DNA of 64,000 nt from a virus: positions 13,933-77,932 of the IMG/VR virus record IMGVR_UViG_3300017971_000265; one strand, 5' to 3'. The notes beneath the pieces were generated by a model. It ran no database searches and had not been told where the DNA came from. It saw only the letters and a program-made list of their open reading frames with translations. Made by a program: the position numbers and the translations under genes. Below are positions 55,395 through 64,000 of the stretch, piece after piece (the first letter of the stretch is position 1; every line of letters begins with the position of its first letter).

Positions 55395-56606
55395 ATGAGT
55401 GGTGGTGTAGCTTTAACAACAGTGGGTCGAGACGAGATAGTTACAATCCTAAAGGAGAGAATTTCTTACCTCAAGGTAGGAGAGGGTGGTTTTTATCTCT
55501 CGGGTGAAACTATTGAAGTGATCGATCCAGGTGCGGTAGGTGGTAACAGTGACGTTGACTATACGATCTCGGGGGGTGATTTTCCACTAACCGGAGTAAA
55601 TCAGGGGACGAAAACTTTTACTATCAGTGGTGAATATGCCTCTTATTTTCCTGAGGGGACACGACTAAGAATAGTTGAATCTACTGCAAACAACGGTTTA
55701 TACACTGTCGCTGCCGGGGGAGCATCAGAGGGAGGGGGCGAAACGGACATAACAGTTGACGAGTCAATTCCAAGCGCTACTGTAGACGGAAACCTCCTTG
55801 TAGATCATTTGCCCATAGCGAAGGGGCCGACACAAGATGCCAAGCATTGGCCATTAGTAGTTGAAGAGAGAACTCCGGGGCTCGCATTGGTACAGAGTGT
55901 ATCTGATACAACTGGAACTGGCAGTTTAACTGGAAATGGTACGGGAACGATCAACTACAAGACCGGGGTGCTTCATGTTGATTTCAATCTCAACATAACG
56001 CCTGGCAATATTATTCGCGCAGTATTTAAATATCATGATACTCGAAAAGATCCCACTGTTGGTCAGGGTTATGAGGATATAGAGTCGTCTCAGCGCTATA
56101 GTATTATTGGTGTCAATCAGGGCACGAAGACATTCCGTCTGGACGGCCTACACGCCGGTCTGATGGTCAATACTCCAAAGGTAAAGGTAGAGGGGTCAAC
56201 GAATATTGATGGCCTCTATACGCCAGTCTCGATAACTGAGGCGACAGGAGATACCTATGTACAGGTGAGCGAGGCAATTCCTGGTACTACAGCGGATGGT
56301 TTGCTTGGGCCGGTCTCGTTGGATGGAGAGCCTGAGTTGGCTACCTTTACGAAACAGTTCGGGGCCGATGTGGATACGGTTATCACTTTTAGAGGCGTAG
56401 GGTGGGGCACGATTCGTTGTAATATAAAGTTGCAACTGTGGGAGGGGATCGATGATGGCCGGGGCTCAACCTATGGAGGTATCCCCTATTATTTTGAGGG
56501 GGGTATTTTTGATGATAATGACGTCTTGTTGGCATATTTTACTTTTGACAAACAGAGAAAGACAGGTTCTGTTGAGATAGAGCATACGGTAGACTTCGTG
56601 GTGTAA
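55395..56606 (+). CDS. Baseplate / fibre-attachment protein
   Basis: LTTVG...LKVGEG N-terminus and EGGIFD...LLAYFTF..QRK C-terminus (tail-collar-like); two GVNQGTKTF repeats. Confidence 0.6.
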   Translation: MSGGVALTTVGRDEIVTILKERISYLKVGEGGFYLSGETIEVIDPGAVGGNSDVDYTISGGDFPLTGVNQGTKTFTISGEYASYFPEGTRLRIVESTANNGLYTVAAGGASEGGGETDITVDESIPSATVDGNLLVDHLPIAKGPTQDAKHWPLVVEERTPGLALVQSVSDTTGTGSLTGNGTGTINYKTGVLHVDFNLNITPGNIIRAVFKYHDTRKDPTVGQGYEDIESSQRYSIIGVNQGTKTFRLDGLHAGLMVNTPKVKVEGSTNIDGLYTPVSITEATGDTYVQVSEAIPGTTADGLLGPVSLDGEPELATFTKQFGADVDTVITFRGVGWGTIRCNIKLQLWEGIDDGRGSTYGGIPYYFEGGIFDDNDVLLAYFTFDKQRKTGSVEIEHTVDFVV

Positions 56607-56617
56607 GGAGATCAGAT

Positions 56618-59050
56618 ATGTCTGAGGTCGAACAAGCAATTGCTGCTAGTAAAATCAAGGTTCGGTGGGAAGAGCCCTATGTCAGCGAGGCATCGAATAG
56701 GCAATTCACAGCGATTCCTCCAGGGCTTTATCGTGGTGGTTATGTTGTACCAACATCGCCCGATTCTCAATCGATCAAGATTGTACCCGATGATGGGAGT
56801 GGAATATATTCTGATACATTCATAGTAGTGTTCGATAAAACGAACGGATTTGGTGTAACAGTTCTGGACCCGGACGAGGTAGTGGTCGATTTAAGCAGTT
56901 GGTTTCCCGGTGGAGTCGTAGCAGTTCCTACCACGTTGTATGTTTGTGTCGAGCTTGACTATGCCACGAGCAATGAGACGACTGGGCGATATTTTGTGAC
57001 CGATGTGGCACAGCCAGATGGTTATGCCGTTGGCATTGGCGGGTTGACACTTGCAACGATTACTCTTGGTATTGGTGATACGGAAGTGGAAGCCTCTAAT
57101 ATTTCTCAATCTACCACGGCTATGCCTGTTCCATCGCCGGAGAGAGAAGACGAGAGTGGCCTAACTGCGAACGATAGAATTCTCGGTCTGCTCTCCAGTG
57201 TAGAGGCGTGGAGAGTTCCTTCTCTGGACCAGAAGAAGGCGATGAATAATGCGCCGACAACCCCTGATGCGACAAATCCATTCGTAACCAAGGCGGATAC
57301 GATGGACATAGATATGGCGCAACCAGCATATGAAGATGTGACTGGGCTCTCTGCGGTCACGAAGGTGCAGTTGTCGGGTTGGTTCTATGTGGGGGATGGT
57401 GCGGCGGGGACAGCGCAAAGGTTCTTTACCTTGGAGACACATGGAGAAGACAATCGAGGCTATCCGCTTGTTGTGACGGGAGACGATAGCAAGGCTCCTT
57501 ATGTGGGTGCGATCTATAAAAACGATGACAGTGCAGAGCTTAATCCGTCGTCTGATTCTGGCGTGGATGATAATGGATTCTATCAGAATCCTTATGTGTA
57601 TTTTTTCTACGGGGGATCTCCCTATTCCTACAGTGGCGATTTGTCGATTCGATGCTTACGGAAGGCGCAGCTTTCTACGTTGGAACAAGAGCCTGCTACC
57701 CCATTTCCATTCGCAGCTCTTACACAGCAGCTTGCGACGAATAGGATTCCGGGAAGGGCCGAGTCAGGTACTCCCGATAATATGGCGGCGGGTACATTAG
57801 ATGCTCAACTATTGGCTCTTCTCGGTTTGATCAACGGCAGGATCAAAACGGTACATCCCACTGCATCGTCTTCGAGTTGGATCTTACTATGGGCATCTAA
57901 CAATAATGGATCAGACTATGAGACGACGCGGATATATTGGAGAGATCAGGAATTTGCCATATTGATCAATGGAACTTTCTCTAGCGATACCGAGATCACT
58001 AGTGGGGGCACGACGGCTACCGATACTAGACTATGGTTGCTCTCTACAAAGACAGACAATACTGGAGGATTGATTAGGGCCGTGAGGAGATCGGGTGCAT
58101 CGGACGTCTTTGCCTATGGAGACAGGAATAATTGGGATCATTGGTTTCAAGAGCCAACCATTATGTCTGGTCTTGACGATGAGATTGTACCGCTGATAAG
58201 CATATTTAAGTCTGGAGCTGCCTCTCTTGATTTTCCCCTAAATTTTTATGCTGGCAAGCCCTGGGGCAAAGGGTTTGCGATTACTTTTAACTCGGCATGG
58301 GATGCATCTGCTAATAAGTGGACAGGTAATACCTTAACAGGAGATGCTTGGGCGCTATTTGTAGGTGAATATGGAATAAGGCTATGTTGCAAAGATGATG
58401 CGACTACGCCATGGGTCAATGCAGACTGGTCGTCTCAGGTTGATCTATTAACAAATAAAGAAACGATCATTGAGCCACAGACAGATCCTCCTACGGGCAA
58501 GTGGTATGAATTATTTACTTTACCTCATGGTTTGAGGCCGACTGCTTTTTATAATGGGAATGGTTGGACTTTTGCAATCAATGCTAAGTATAATAATACT
58601 ACTGAAGCATGGTCATTTGTTGACGATAATGATGATGCATATGCCTTAGTATTGACTAACAGTGGTGTGCAATTATATTCTGTTAAGGCTGGTACATCTC
58701 CCTTTAGTTGGAAATATTCTACGCTGAAGAAGGCTGAGGCGGGGACTATGGATTACTCCTTCTTGATTGAAGGTTTAGTCGATGGCGGTTCTGGTTTGAT
58801 TCCAATAGATCATCCTTCTAGTGGTATGCTTATTGTAAATGCCGACACTGCGGGTGGCCAGAAAACGGGTATTTACAGGCTGGAAGAAAATAACGTAGCC
58901 TTGATTAGTGGTGATAGTGCAGTTTTTACTGCTGTATCGGGTACTCCCGGTAGGATAAATATTTATGAGTCTACTGGTTATAGGCTGCAAAACAATTATG
59001 GGGAGACCCTGGATATTGTAATGGGCTTTTTTGGGACATCCCCGTTCTAG
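56618..59050 (+). CDS. Tail fibre / baseplate-associated protein
   Basis: 810 aa, beta-rich; repeated FAI..NA.W/Y...W motif. Confidence 0.55.
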   Translation: MSEVEQAIAASKIKVRWEEPYVSEASNRQFTAIPPGLYRGGYVVPTSPDSQSIKIVPDDGSGIYSDTFIVVFDKTNGFGVTVLDPDEVVVDLSSWFPGGVVAVPTTLYVCVELDYATSNETTGRYFVTDVAQPDGYAVGIGGLTLATITLGIGDTEVEASNISQSTTAMPVPSPEREDESGLTANDRILGLLSSVEAWRVPSLDQKKAMNNAPTTPDATNPFVTKADTMDIDMAQPAYEDVTGLSAVTKVQLSGWFYVGDGAAGTAQRFFTLETHGEDNRGYPLVVTGDDSKAPYVGAIYKNDDSAELNPSSDSGVDDNGFYQNPYVYFFYGGSPYSYSGDLSIRCLRKAQLSTLEQEPATPFPFAALTQQLATNRIPGRAESGTPDNMAAGTLDAQLLALLGLINGRIKTVHPTASSSSWILLWASNNNGSDYETTRIYWRDQEFAILINGTFSSDTEITSGGTTATDTRLWLLSTKTDNTGGLIRAVRRSGASDVFAYGDRNNWDHWFQEPTIMSGLDDEIVPLISIFKSGAASLDFPLNFYAGKPWGKGFAITFNSAWDASANKWTGNTLTGDAWALFVGEYGIRLCCKDDATTPWVNADWSSQVDLLTNKETIIEPQTDPPTGKWYELFTLPHGLRPTAFYNGNGWTFAINAKYNNTTEAWSFVDDNDDAYALVLTNSGVQLYSVKAGTSPFSWKYSTLKKAEAGTMDYSFLIEGLVDGGSGLIPIDHPSSGMLIVNADTAGGQKTGIYRLEENNVALISGDSAVFTAVSGTPGRINIYESTGYRLQNNYGETLDIVMGFFGTSPF

Positions 59051-59058
59051 GAGTTGAA

Positions 59059-59733
59059 ATGGCTGGTCTTCTCTCAGCATTTAGCGGCAATTTTGAGATT
59101 CATCCCAAGACGGCTGAAGTCGTCATAATGCCCCTAGATGACAATGGAAAAGAGGACAACGATTTGGGTGGCAAGAAAATTCTCCAGTATTGGCCATCGA
59201 GTTTGACAACTGCTAGGTCTGCGAATTGGCAGAGTAGGCAGATTCCGGGTGCGCCCCTACCTCTTTATCAATGGGTGAGCGGAAGTGATCGCACGTTCAA
59301 TTTTACCGCGATGTTTTCGAGAGATATGGATGGAGAGATTGGTACGGATGTGGCAGAGGATAAATACAATGTGGACGTCGACGCTGCCATTGCATGGTTG
59401 AATCTTTTATCTTGGAATGATTATAAAGATTTGGGGGATGCGGGCAAAATAGCAGTGGCCCCTCCCGTTTTGTGGCTGTATTTTACTGGTACGAAGCTTG
59501 GATACAATAGGCAAGCGATCAGCAGTTTGAGGCATGAGGGTGATGGTATCTACTGTATCCTGCTTGAGGTGGGGGAGGAGCGTAGCAATTGGTTTCAGGG
59601 AGGAACGGTAAGGCTCGCTTCTGTTTCGTTAAATTTTGCCGAGGTGATGCAGATAGGGGGAGCTATTTATCCCTATGGGAGGTCAGATTTCAAATCGATG
59701 GCAGATAAATATACGAGGAGAAAAAGCTCATGA
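59059..59733 (+). CDS. Tube-initiator-like protein (contractile tail family)
   Basis: LQYWPSSL...IPG.PLPLYQWVSG..R.F.F; APPVL; ASVSLNFAE. Confidence 0.65.
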   Translation: MAGLLSAFSGNFEIHPKTAEVVIMPLDDNGKEDNDLGGKKILQYWPSSLTTARSANWQSRQIPGAPLPLYQWVSGSDRTFNFTAMFSRDMDGEIGTDVAEDKYNVDVDAAIAWLNLLSWNDYKDLGDAGKIAVAPPVLWLYFTGTKLGYNRQAISSLRHEGDGIYCILLEVGEERSNWFQGGTVRLASVSLNFAEVMQIGGAIYPYGRSDFKSMADKYTRRKSS

Positions 59734-59933
59734 ATATGGCGCAACTAGATGATGGAACGAGAGTATTTATTCTCCCCCTTGCCGTGCCAGTAGAGGCATT
59801 TAAGTTATTGAATGAAGCCTCGATATCTTCTGGAAAAACCATTGGAGTCTTGATAAACGAAGCGATAAAAGAAAAAATTGAAACATTGGCTAGAGGAGCC
59901 GTTGAAAGAGAGGAAAAAGATGGACGTCTATGA
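59730..59933 (+). CDS. Possible ribbon-helix-helix protein
   Basis: EAFKLLNEAS..SGKTIGVLINEAIKE. Confidence 0.5.
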   Translation: MNMAQLDDGTRVFILPLAVPVEAFKLLNEASISSGKTIGVLINEAIKEKIETLARGAVEREEKDGRL

Positions 59934-60270
59934 TGCGATTGTGAATATCAATACGGTGCTGATTCTATTGGCAGCAGGGCTCATGACCTGGATAGTTCGC
60001 CAGATCGTGCCTGATCCGGTTGAGAATACAAAGATATGGAGGATAGCACTTCGCCTCTTTCCCATTTTTTTCGGTGGAGCGGTATCGTTGATTCCCGGAT
60101 TGAGACCGATGGAAAATACGGCACAGTGTGTAGTGATCGGTGCTGTATCTGGTTCTCTCGCCATGAGCACGTATGAGATTGTGAGGGAGATAATGGGTCA
60201 GAAGATTAGGGCCATTATGGGGAGTCCACAGGCTCGTAAGAGGTCGTCTCAACCTCCCATAAAGGAATAG
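59921..60270 (+). CDS. Holin-like membrane protein (start approximate; track ORF begins 59878)
   Basis: Three hydrophobic segments, basic C-terminus. Confidence 0.5.
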
Positions 60271-60272
60271 GT

Positions 60273-60605
60273 ATGCCTCCTCAGATAAGAATGATTTGGG
60301 GGTTTTTAAAGACGTTTTGGTGGGTCATCGCCTTGGTGGTGGTTGTGGTTTTGGTAGGTTGGATCTATCTGGTAAATCGGAAAAATAAGCGAAAAGTTGA
60401 AGAGATGGCAGGGAATGAGGCAGAATCGTTAATAGAGAGGGTGCATGGGCAAGTTAGAGAGGCAATAGTGGACGTCAAGATAGAGAAGGCTGTGATAGGC
60501 GCTGAGACGGCGATGAAGCGAAAAGAAATGGAAGAGATACGAAACGAGCCGGATGGCAAGAAGAGGCGGGAGAAGCTTGCCGAGGCGCTTCAGAGGAGCT
60601 TGTGA
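60273..60605 (+). CDS. Single-TM coiled-coil protein (i-spanin-like)
   Basis: N-terminal TM then charged helix. Confidence 0.45.
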   Translation: MPPQIRMIWGFLKTFWWVIALVVVVVLVGWIYLVNRKNKRKVEEMAGNEAESLIERVHGQVREAIVDVKIEKAVIGAETAMKRKEMEEIRNEPDGKKRREKLAEALQRSL

Positions 60606-60717
60606 TGCGGTAGTGACGTCTCCTAGTATTGGACAATGGCATGGTGGAATGTTTCTATATCATGGGGGTTGTGGCGCAAATCGAGACAAAGATCGAGGAG
60701 CAAAAGGAGGAGTAACG

Positions 60718-61035
60718 ATGGGTCCGACCCCTGAAACTGGAATGTATATCAATTTGTTTTCTAATCTGGGGGCACTTACTTTTATTCTCTGGCTCGTGTG
60801 GCGCACGACAAACCACACAATACCGAGGTTGGCGAAATCGTTTGAAGATGGACTCGAAAAGGCCCGGCTTGAATATCGTGAAACTTTGGCGCAGCAGCGG
60901 CAGGATTTTCGCGACATCCTGTGTGAGCAACGAGATTTTTTTGCCGACCGAATCGAATCGGAAGAAACAAAGACGGACAAAATAATTCAAGCCTTAAAAG
61001 AATTTAAGGCTGTAACGCAAACGGAGGTAGTGTAA
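60718..61035 (+). CDS. Single-TM coiled-coil membrane protein
   Basis: SD AGGAGG; NLGALTFILWLVW. Confidence 0.55.
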   Translation: MGPTPETGMYINLFSNLGALTFILWLVWRTTNHTIPRLAKSFEDGLEKARLEYRETLAQQRQDFRDILCEQRDFFADRIESEETKTDKIIQALKEFKAVTQTEVV

Positions 61036-61439
61036 TGGGAACTTTTGGAGATTTCTTGGAAGACGAACTGCTCGATCATGTGTTTGGAGACGCCTCTTAT
61101 AGCGCTCCCGCTACGCTGTATGTCGGTCTGAGCACGGCCGATCCGACGGACGACGGCAGTGGAATTGCCGAGCCGGGCGGCGGGAGTTATGCGCGTGTAG
61201 CCGTAACAAACAACGCGACTAACTGGCCCGCAGCGTCGGGAGGAGCCAAGGCGAACGGTACGGCAATTACTTTTCCGCAAGCGTCGGCGTCCTGGGGTAC
61301 GGTGACGCACTTCATCATCATGGACGCGACAAGCGGCGGTAACATGCTCGCGCACGCTGCGCTCGACGCATCGAAGACCGTCGACTCCGGCGATACGCTT
61401 AGTTTTGCCGTGGGCGAGCTGGATATAACGCTCGACTAA
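61035..61439 (+). CDS. Phage virion/tail-associated protein
   Basis: LYVGLSTADP...SYARVAV...ITFPQA..SWGTVTHF...DA.SGGN. Confidence 0.7.
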   Translation: MGTFGDFLEDELLDHVFGDASYSAPATLYVGLSTADPTDDGSGIAEPGGGSYARVAVTNNATNWPAASGGAKANGTAITFPQASASWGTVTHFIIMDATSGGNMLAHAALDASKTVDSGDTLSFAVGELDITLD

Positions 61440-61843
61440 TGCCGTTTTATTTGTATCGCAAAAACGGCGGGCAGGTCTTAGCTGCATCGGTTCAAGAGGC
61501 GTGGACCGAGGACGACTATCTAGCGGTTTTCGAGGATGCGCAAAATCTCGATCTGTCCACGGCGTATTGGTGCAATGGCTCGCAGATACGTGAGGCGACA
61601 GCAGAAGAGATCGCTGCGTTCGACGACAAAGCTCTTGAAGACCAGATCACAATAGATCGATTGGTAGCAAAAGACATTGCCGACGCGCTTGCGAATTATC
61701 GACAAGCCTTGCCGCGTGTTATCCAGGCCCTGGCGTCTTTGATGCTGCAAGAGATCAACACGCTGCGATCTATCCACAGCTTACCGACGTATACTGCACA
61801 ACAGTTTAAGACGGCACTGAAGAATCAGATCGATAGCGAGTAA
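61439..61843 (+). CDS. Hypothetical protein
   Basis: Overlapping start, in operon. Confidence 0.6.
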   Translation: MPFYLYRKNGGQVLAASVQEAWTEDDYLAVFEDAQNLDLSTAYWCNGSQIREATAEEIAAFDDKALEDQITIDRLVAKDIADALANYRQALPRVIQALASLMLQEINTLRSIHSLPTYTAQQFKTALKNQIDSE

Positions 61844-61848
61844 TCGCT

Positions 61849-64000
61849 ATGGCCCTATCGACAAAAATAGGGTCTTTCGAATCGCCGGACTCTACAGGCA
61901 CGGCGGACATTACGGACGTCGGTTTTCAAGCCGATCTTGTTCTGTTCTTTTCCAATTATCTTACGGCACCTGGTAGCGGCAGCTCCGCGATCTGCGATCT
62001 TTCAATGGGCGGCGCTGTTTCTGCGTCGTCTCGATTCTTTTGTTCCGCTTCGGCGGCGGGAGGTTCTTCGGCCTATGCCGATTCGAGGCACGACGACACG
62101 CACTGCCTGGGCCTTCTCAAAACGGACTTTTTCCCGAGCACGCCATACGAAGCGGATTTCGACAGCTGGTTATCAAATGGATTTACTGTCGATTGGACTA
62201 CCGTTACGGCGTTTAACTCATACGATGTCGATTATTTTGCTTTAGGTGGAGTTGATAACGTCGCGATCAAGCAGTTCACTTCGAAGACTTCGACAGGCAC
62301 GCAGGCGATTACCGGCGTAGGGTTTCAACCCGACGCTATTATCTTGGTAGGCATTGGACAAAGCGACGCGCCACCGGCGACCGATGCGGACGGGCGGTTG
62401 CAAGTAGGGTTTTCTGACGGTGTATCTGACTATTGTTCGAGCATCGTGTCAAAAGACGAGGGTAACGATGCGTACCGTTCGCTTCGTAACGACGCCTGTA
62501 TTTTTTTGATAACGAACGCGGGATCGGTCGCACAAAAAGCGGTGATAGATTCGTTCGATTCGGACGGGTTTACTCTTGACTGGCTCACGGTCGATAGTAC
62601 GGCGAGATATTACGAAGCGATCTGTCTTAAGTTCGACGGGATCAAGACCGGTGATGATACGCAGAAGACTTCGACCGGCACCAAGGCGACGACAGTTGGA
62701 CACGAAAGCGAGCAGGTCTTTTTTGTTCAAGGCGATACCGATACCTTCAACTCGGTAGACGACGACGCCTCGATGGGCGTGGGCGGTTGTGAGACTGCTA
62801 ACGAGTTTGCAAGGTGGGCCGCACGCCAGAACGGCGGCGGGTTTCGCAAAGCCGGGCAAGCATATCGAAACACAAAATGTTTGACCGAATGGATCGAAGG
62901 CACGGGATCACCGTCGCTCGATACCGAAGCGGAACTCAGCTCACTTGACGCAAACGGGTTTACACTTGACTGGACCACGGCTGATTCGACTGCACGAAGA
63001 TTTGCCTATATGTCATTTGCAGAGCCCGCCGCTGCCGAGATACCGATCTCGGGTACTGTTGCAGCACAGAGTTCGGTATCGGGTGCAATTGACGCCACGG
63101 TTCCGATCTCCGGCACGGTATCAGCTCAAAGCGCGGTGTCGGGCGCAGCCGAAATTTACAAAATGGTTTCAGGCACCGTTTCAGCACAAAGCGCTGTCAC
63201 AGGTGCGGTTGGTGTCGACGCGGCGCTCTCGGGTAGTGTCTCAGCGCAAAGCACGGTATCCGGTGCTGTTCAAGTCGAAGGGGCCTTATCAGGTACAGTC
63301 GCAGTTCAAAGCGATGTGTCTGGCGCTCTCGATGCAGAAGTACCTATTTCCGGTACTGTCTCAGCGCAAAGCGCAGTATCAGGTGCTGCCGAAGTTGAAG
63401 GAGCTTTGTCAGGCACGGTAGCAGCACAGAGTTCAGTATCAGGAGCAATTGACGCAACGGTTCCTATTTCCGGGACTGTTGCAGCTCAAAGCGGTGTATC
63501 GGGAAGTCTCGATGCAACGGTCCCTATTTCAGGCACAGTCTCAGCACAGAGCGTAGTGTCTGGAAATGTCGAAGCCACACTTCCGATCTCTGGCACAGTC
63601 TCAGCACAAAGTGCGGTATCCGGTGCTGTCGAAGTCGAAGGGGCTTTGTCTGGCACCGTCTCAGCACAAAGCTCGGTATCGGGTGCTGTCGAAGTTGAAG
63701 GAGCTTTGTCGGGCACCGTCTCAGCACAAAGCGGTGTATCTGGAAGCATCGATTCCGAAGTACCTATTTCTGGGACTGTCTCAGCGCAAAGTGCGGTATC
63801 GGGCAATGTCGAAGCCGAAGTACCTATTTCCGGCACAGTCTCAGCACAGAGCGCGGTATCCGGTGCGGCAGAGGTGACGTCTGCAATTGCAATTTCTGGT
63901 ACAGTCTCAGCACAGAGTTCGGTATCAGGTGCGGTCGAAGCTGAAGTACCTATTTCAGGCACAGTCTCAGCACAAAGCGTAGTGTCTGGCGCTCTCGAAG
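61849..64000 (+). CDS. Large repeat-containing fibre/surface protein, 3'-truncated (absent from the ORF track)
   Basis: ATG 61849 (MALSTKIGSFESP...); three ~130-aa GFQ.D...GFT.DW-type domains then 20-aa tandem repeats; no stop seen in the parts translated by hand. Confidence 0.8.
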   Translation, partial: MALSTKIGSFESPDSTGTADITDVGFQADLVLFFSNYLTAPGSGSSAICDLSMGGAVSASSRFFCSASAAGGSSAYADSRHDDTHCLGLLKTDFFPSTPYEADFDSWLSNGFTVDWTTVTAFNSYDVDYFALGGVDNVAIKQFTSKTSTGTQAITGVGFQPDAIILVGIGQSDAPPATDADGRLQVGFSDGVSDYCSSIVSKDEGNDAYRSLRNDACIFLITNAGSVAQKAVIDSFDSDGFTLDWLTVDSTARYYEAICLKFDGIKTGDDTQKTSTGTKATTVGHESEQVFFVQGDTDTFNSVDDDASMGVGGCETANEFARWAARQNGGGFRKAGQAYRNTKCLTEWIEGTGSPSLDTEAELSSLDANGFTLDWTTADSTARRFAYMSFAEPAAAEIPISGTVAAQSSVSGAIDATVPISGTVSAQSAVSGAAEIYKMVSGTVSAQSAVTGAVGVDAALSGSVSAQSTVSGAVQVEGALSGTVAVQSDVSGALDAEVPISGTVSAQSAVSGAAEVEGALSGTVAAQSSVSGAIDATVPISGTVAAQSGVSGSLDATVPISGTVSAQSVVSGNVEATLPISGTVSAQSAVSGAVEVEGALSGTVSAQSSVSGAVEVEGALSGTVSAQSGVSGSIDSEVPISGTVSAQSAVSGNVEAEVPISGTVSAQSAVSGAAEVTSAIAISGTVSAQSSVSGAVEAEVPISGTVSAQSVVSGALE
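63040..64000 (+). repeat. 60-bp tandem repeat (ISGTVSAQSAVSGAVEAEVP), about 16 units
   Basis: tcagcacaaagc recurs with 60-bp period. Confidence 0.95.

Noticed and set aside
60606-60714. Possible truncated gene remnant beginning at a GACGTC (RLLVLDNGMVEC...EEQKEE), or an o-spanin
   Set aside because: No start or lipobox and no homologue available, so a deletion at the site cannot be supported.
1-64000. Alternative genetic code, tRNA/rRNA genes, integrase or transposase
   Set aside because: All three stops end genes with tight packing under the standard code; no such genes recognised by eye.

Overview
The whole window is one + strand virion-morphogenesis region of a large T4-like (probably jumbo) myovirus. 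Gene order: terminase, portal, prohead core/scaffold, prohead protease, major capsid, neck, sheath, two tube-like genes, frameshifted tail chaperone, tape measure, baseplate, fibres and putative lysis/membrane genes. Terminase, portal and protease each carry an intein with a degenerate-looking LAGLIDADG domain. The most striking unexplained structure is a candidate capsid-cargo system. (i) A 1661-aa ORF between terminase and portal is a string of about 18 mostly unrelated small basic modules joined by an acidic EDVELDE-A/G linker. (ii) About 18 small genes around the neck genes have mostly unrelated bodies, and most start with one of two short leaders (LRxRGYLxE or xxVNELL...LxE). (iii) Linkers and leaders end in the same hydrophobic-X-Glu motif as the predicted capsid prodomain cleavage site (NQLKRRFLTE/A), the specificity known for T4 gp21. 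The inference is a modular, evolving set of head-packaged, protease-released proteins. Separately, the palindrome GACGTC is about 5-fold over-represented across the window (hand count). All assignments come from motif recognition by eye; no searches were run.
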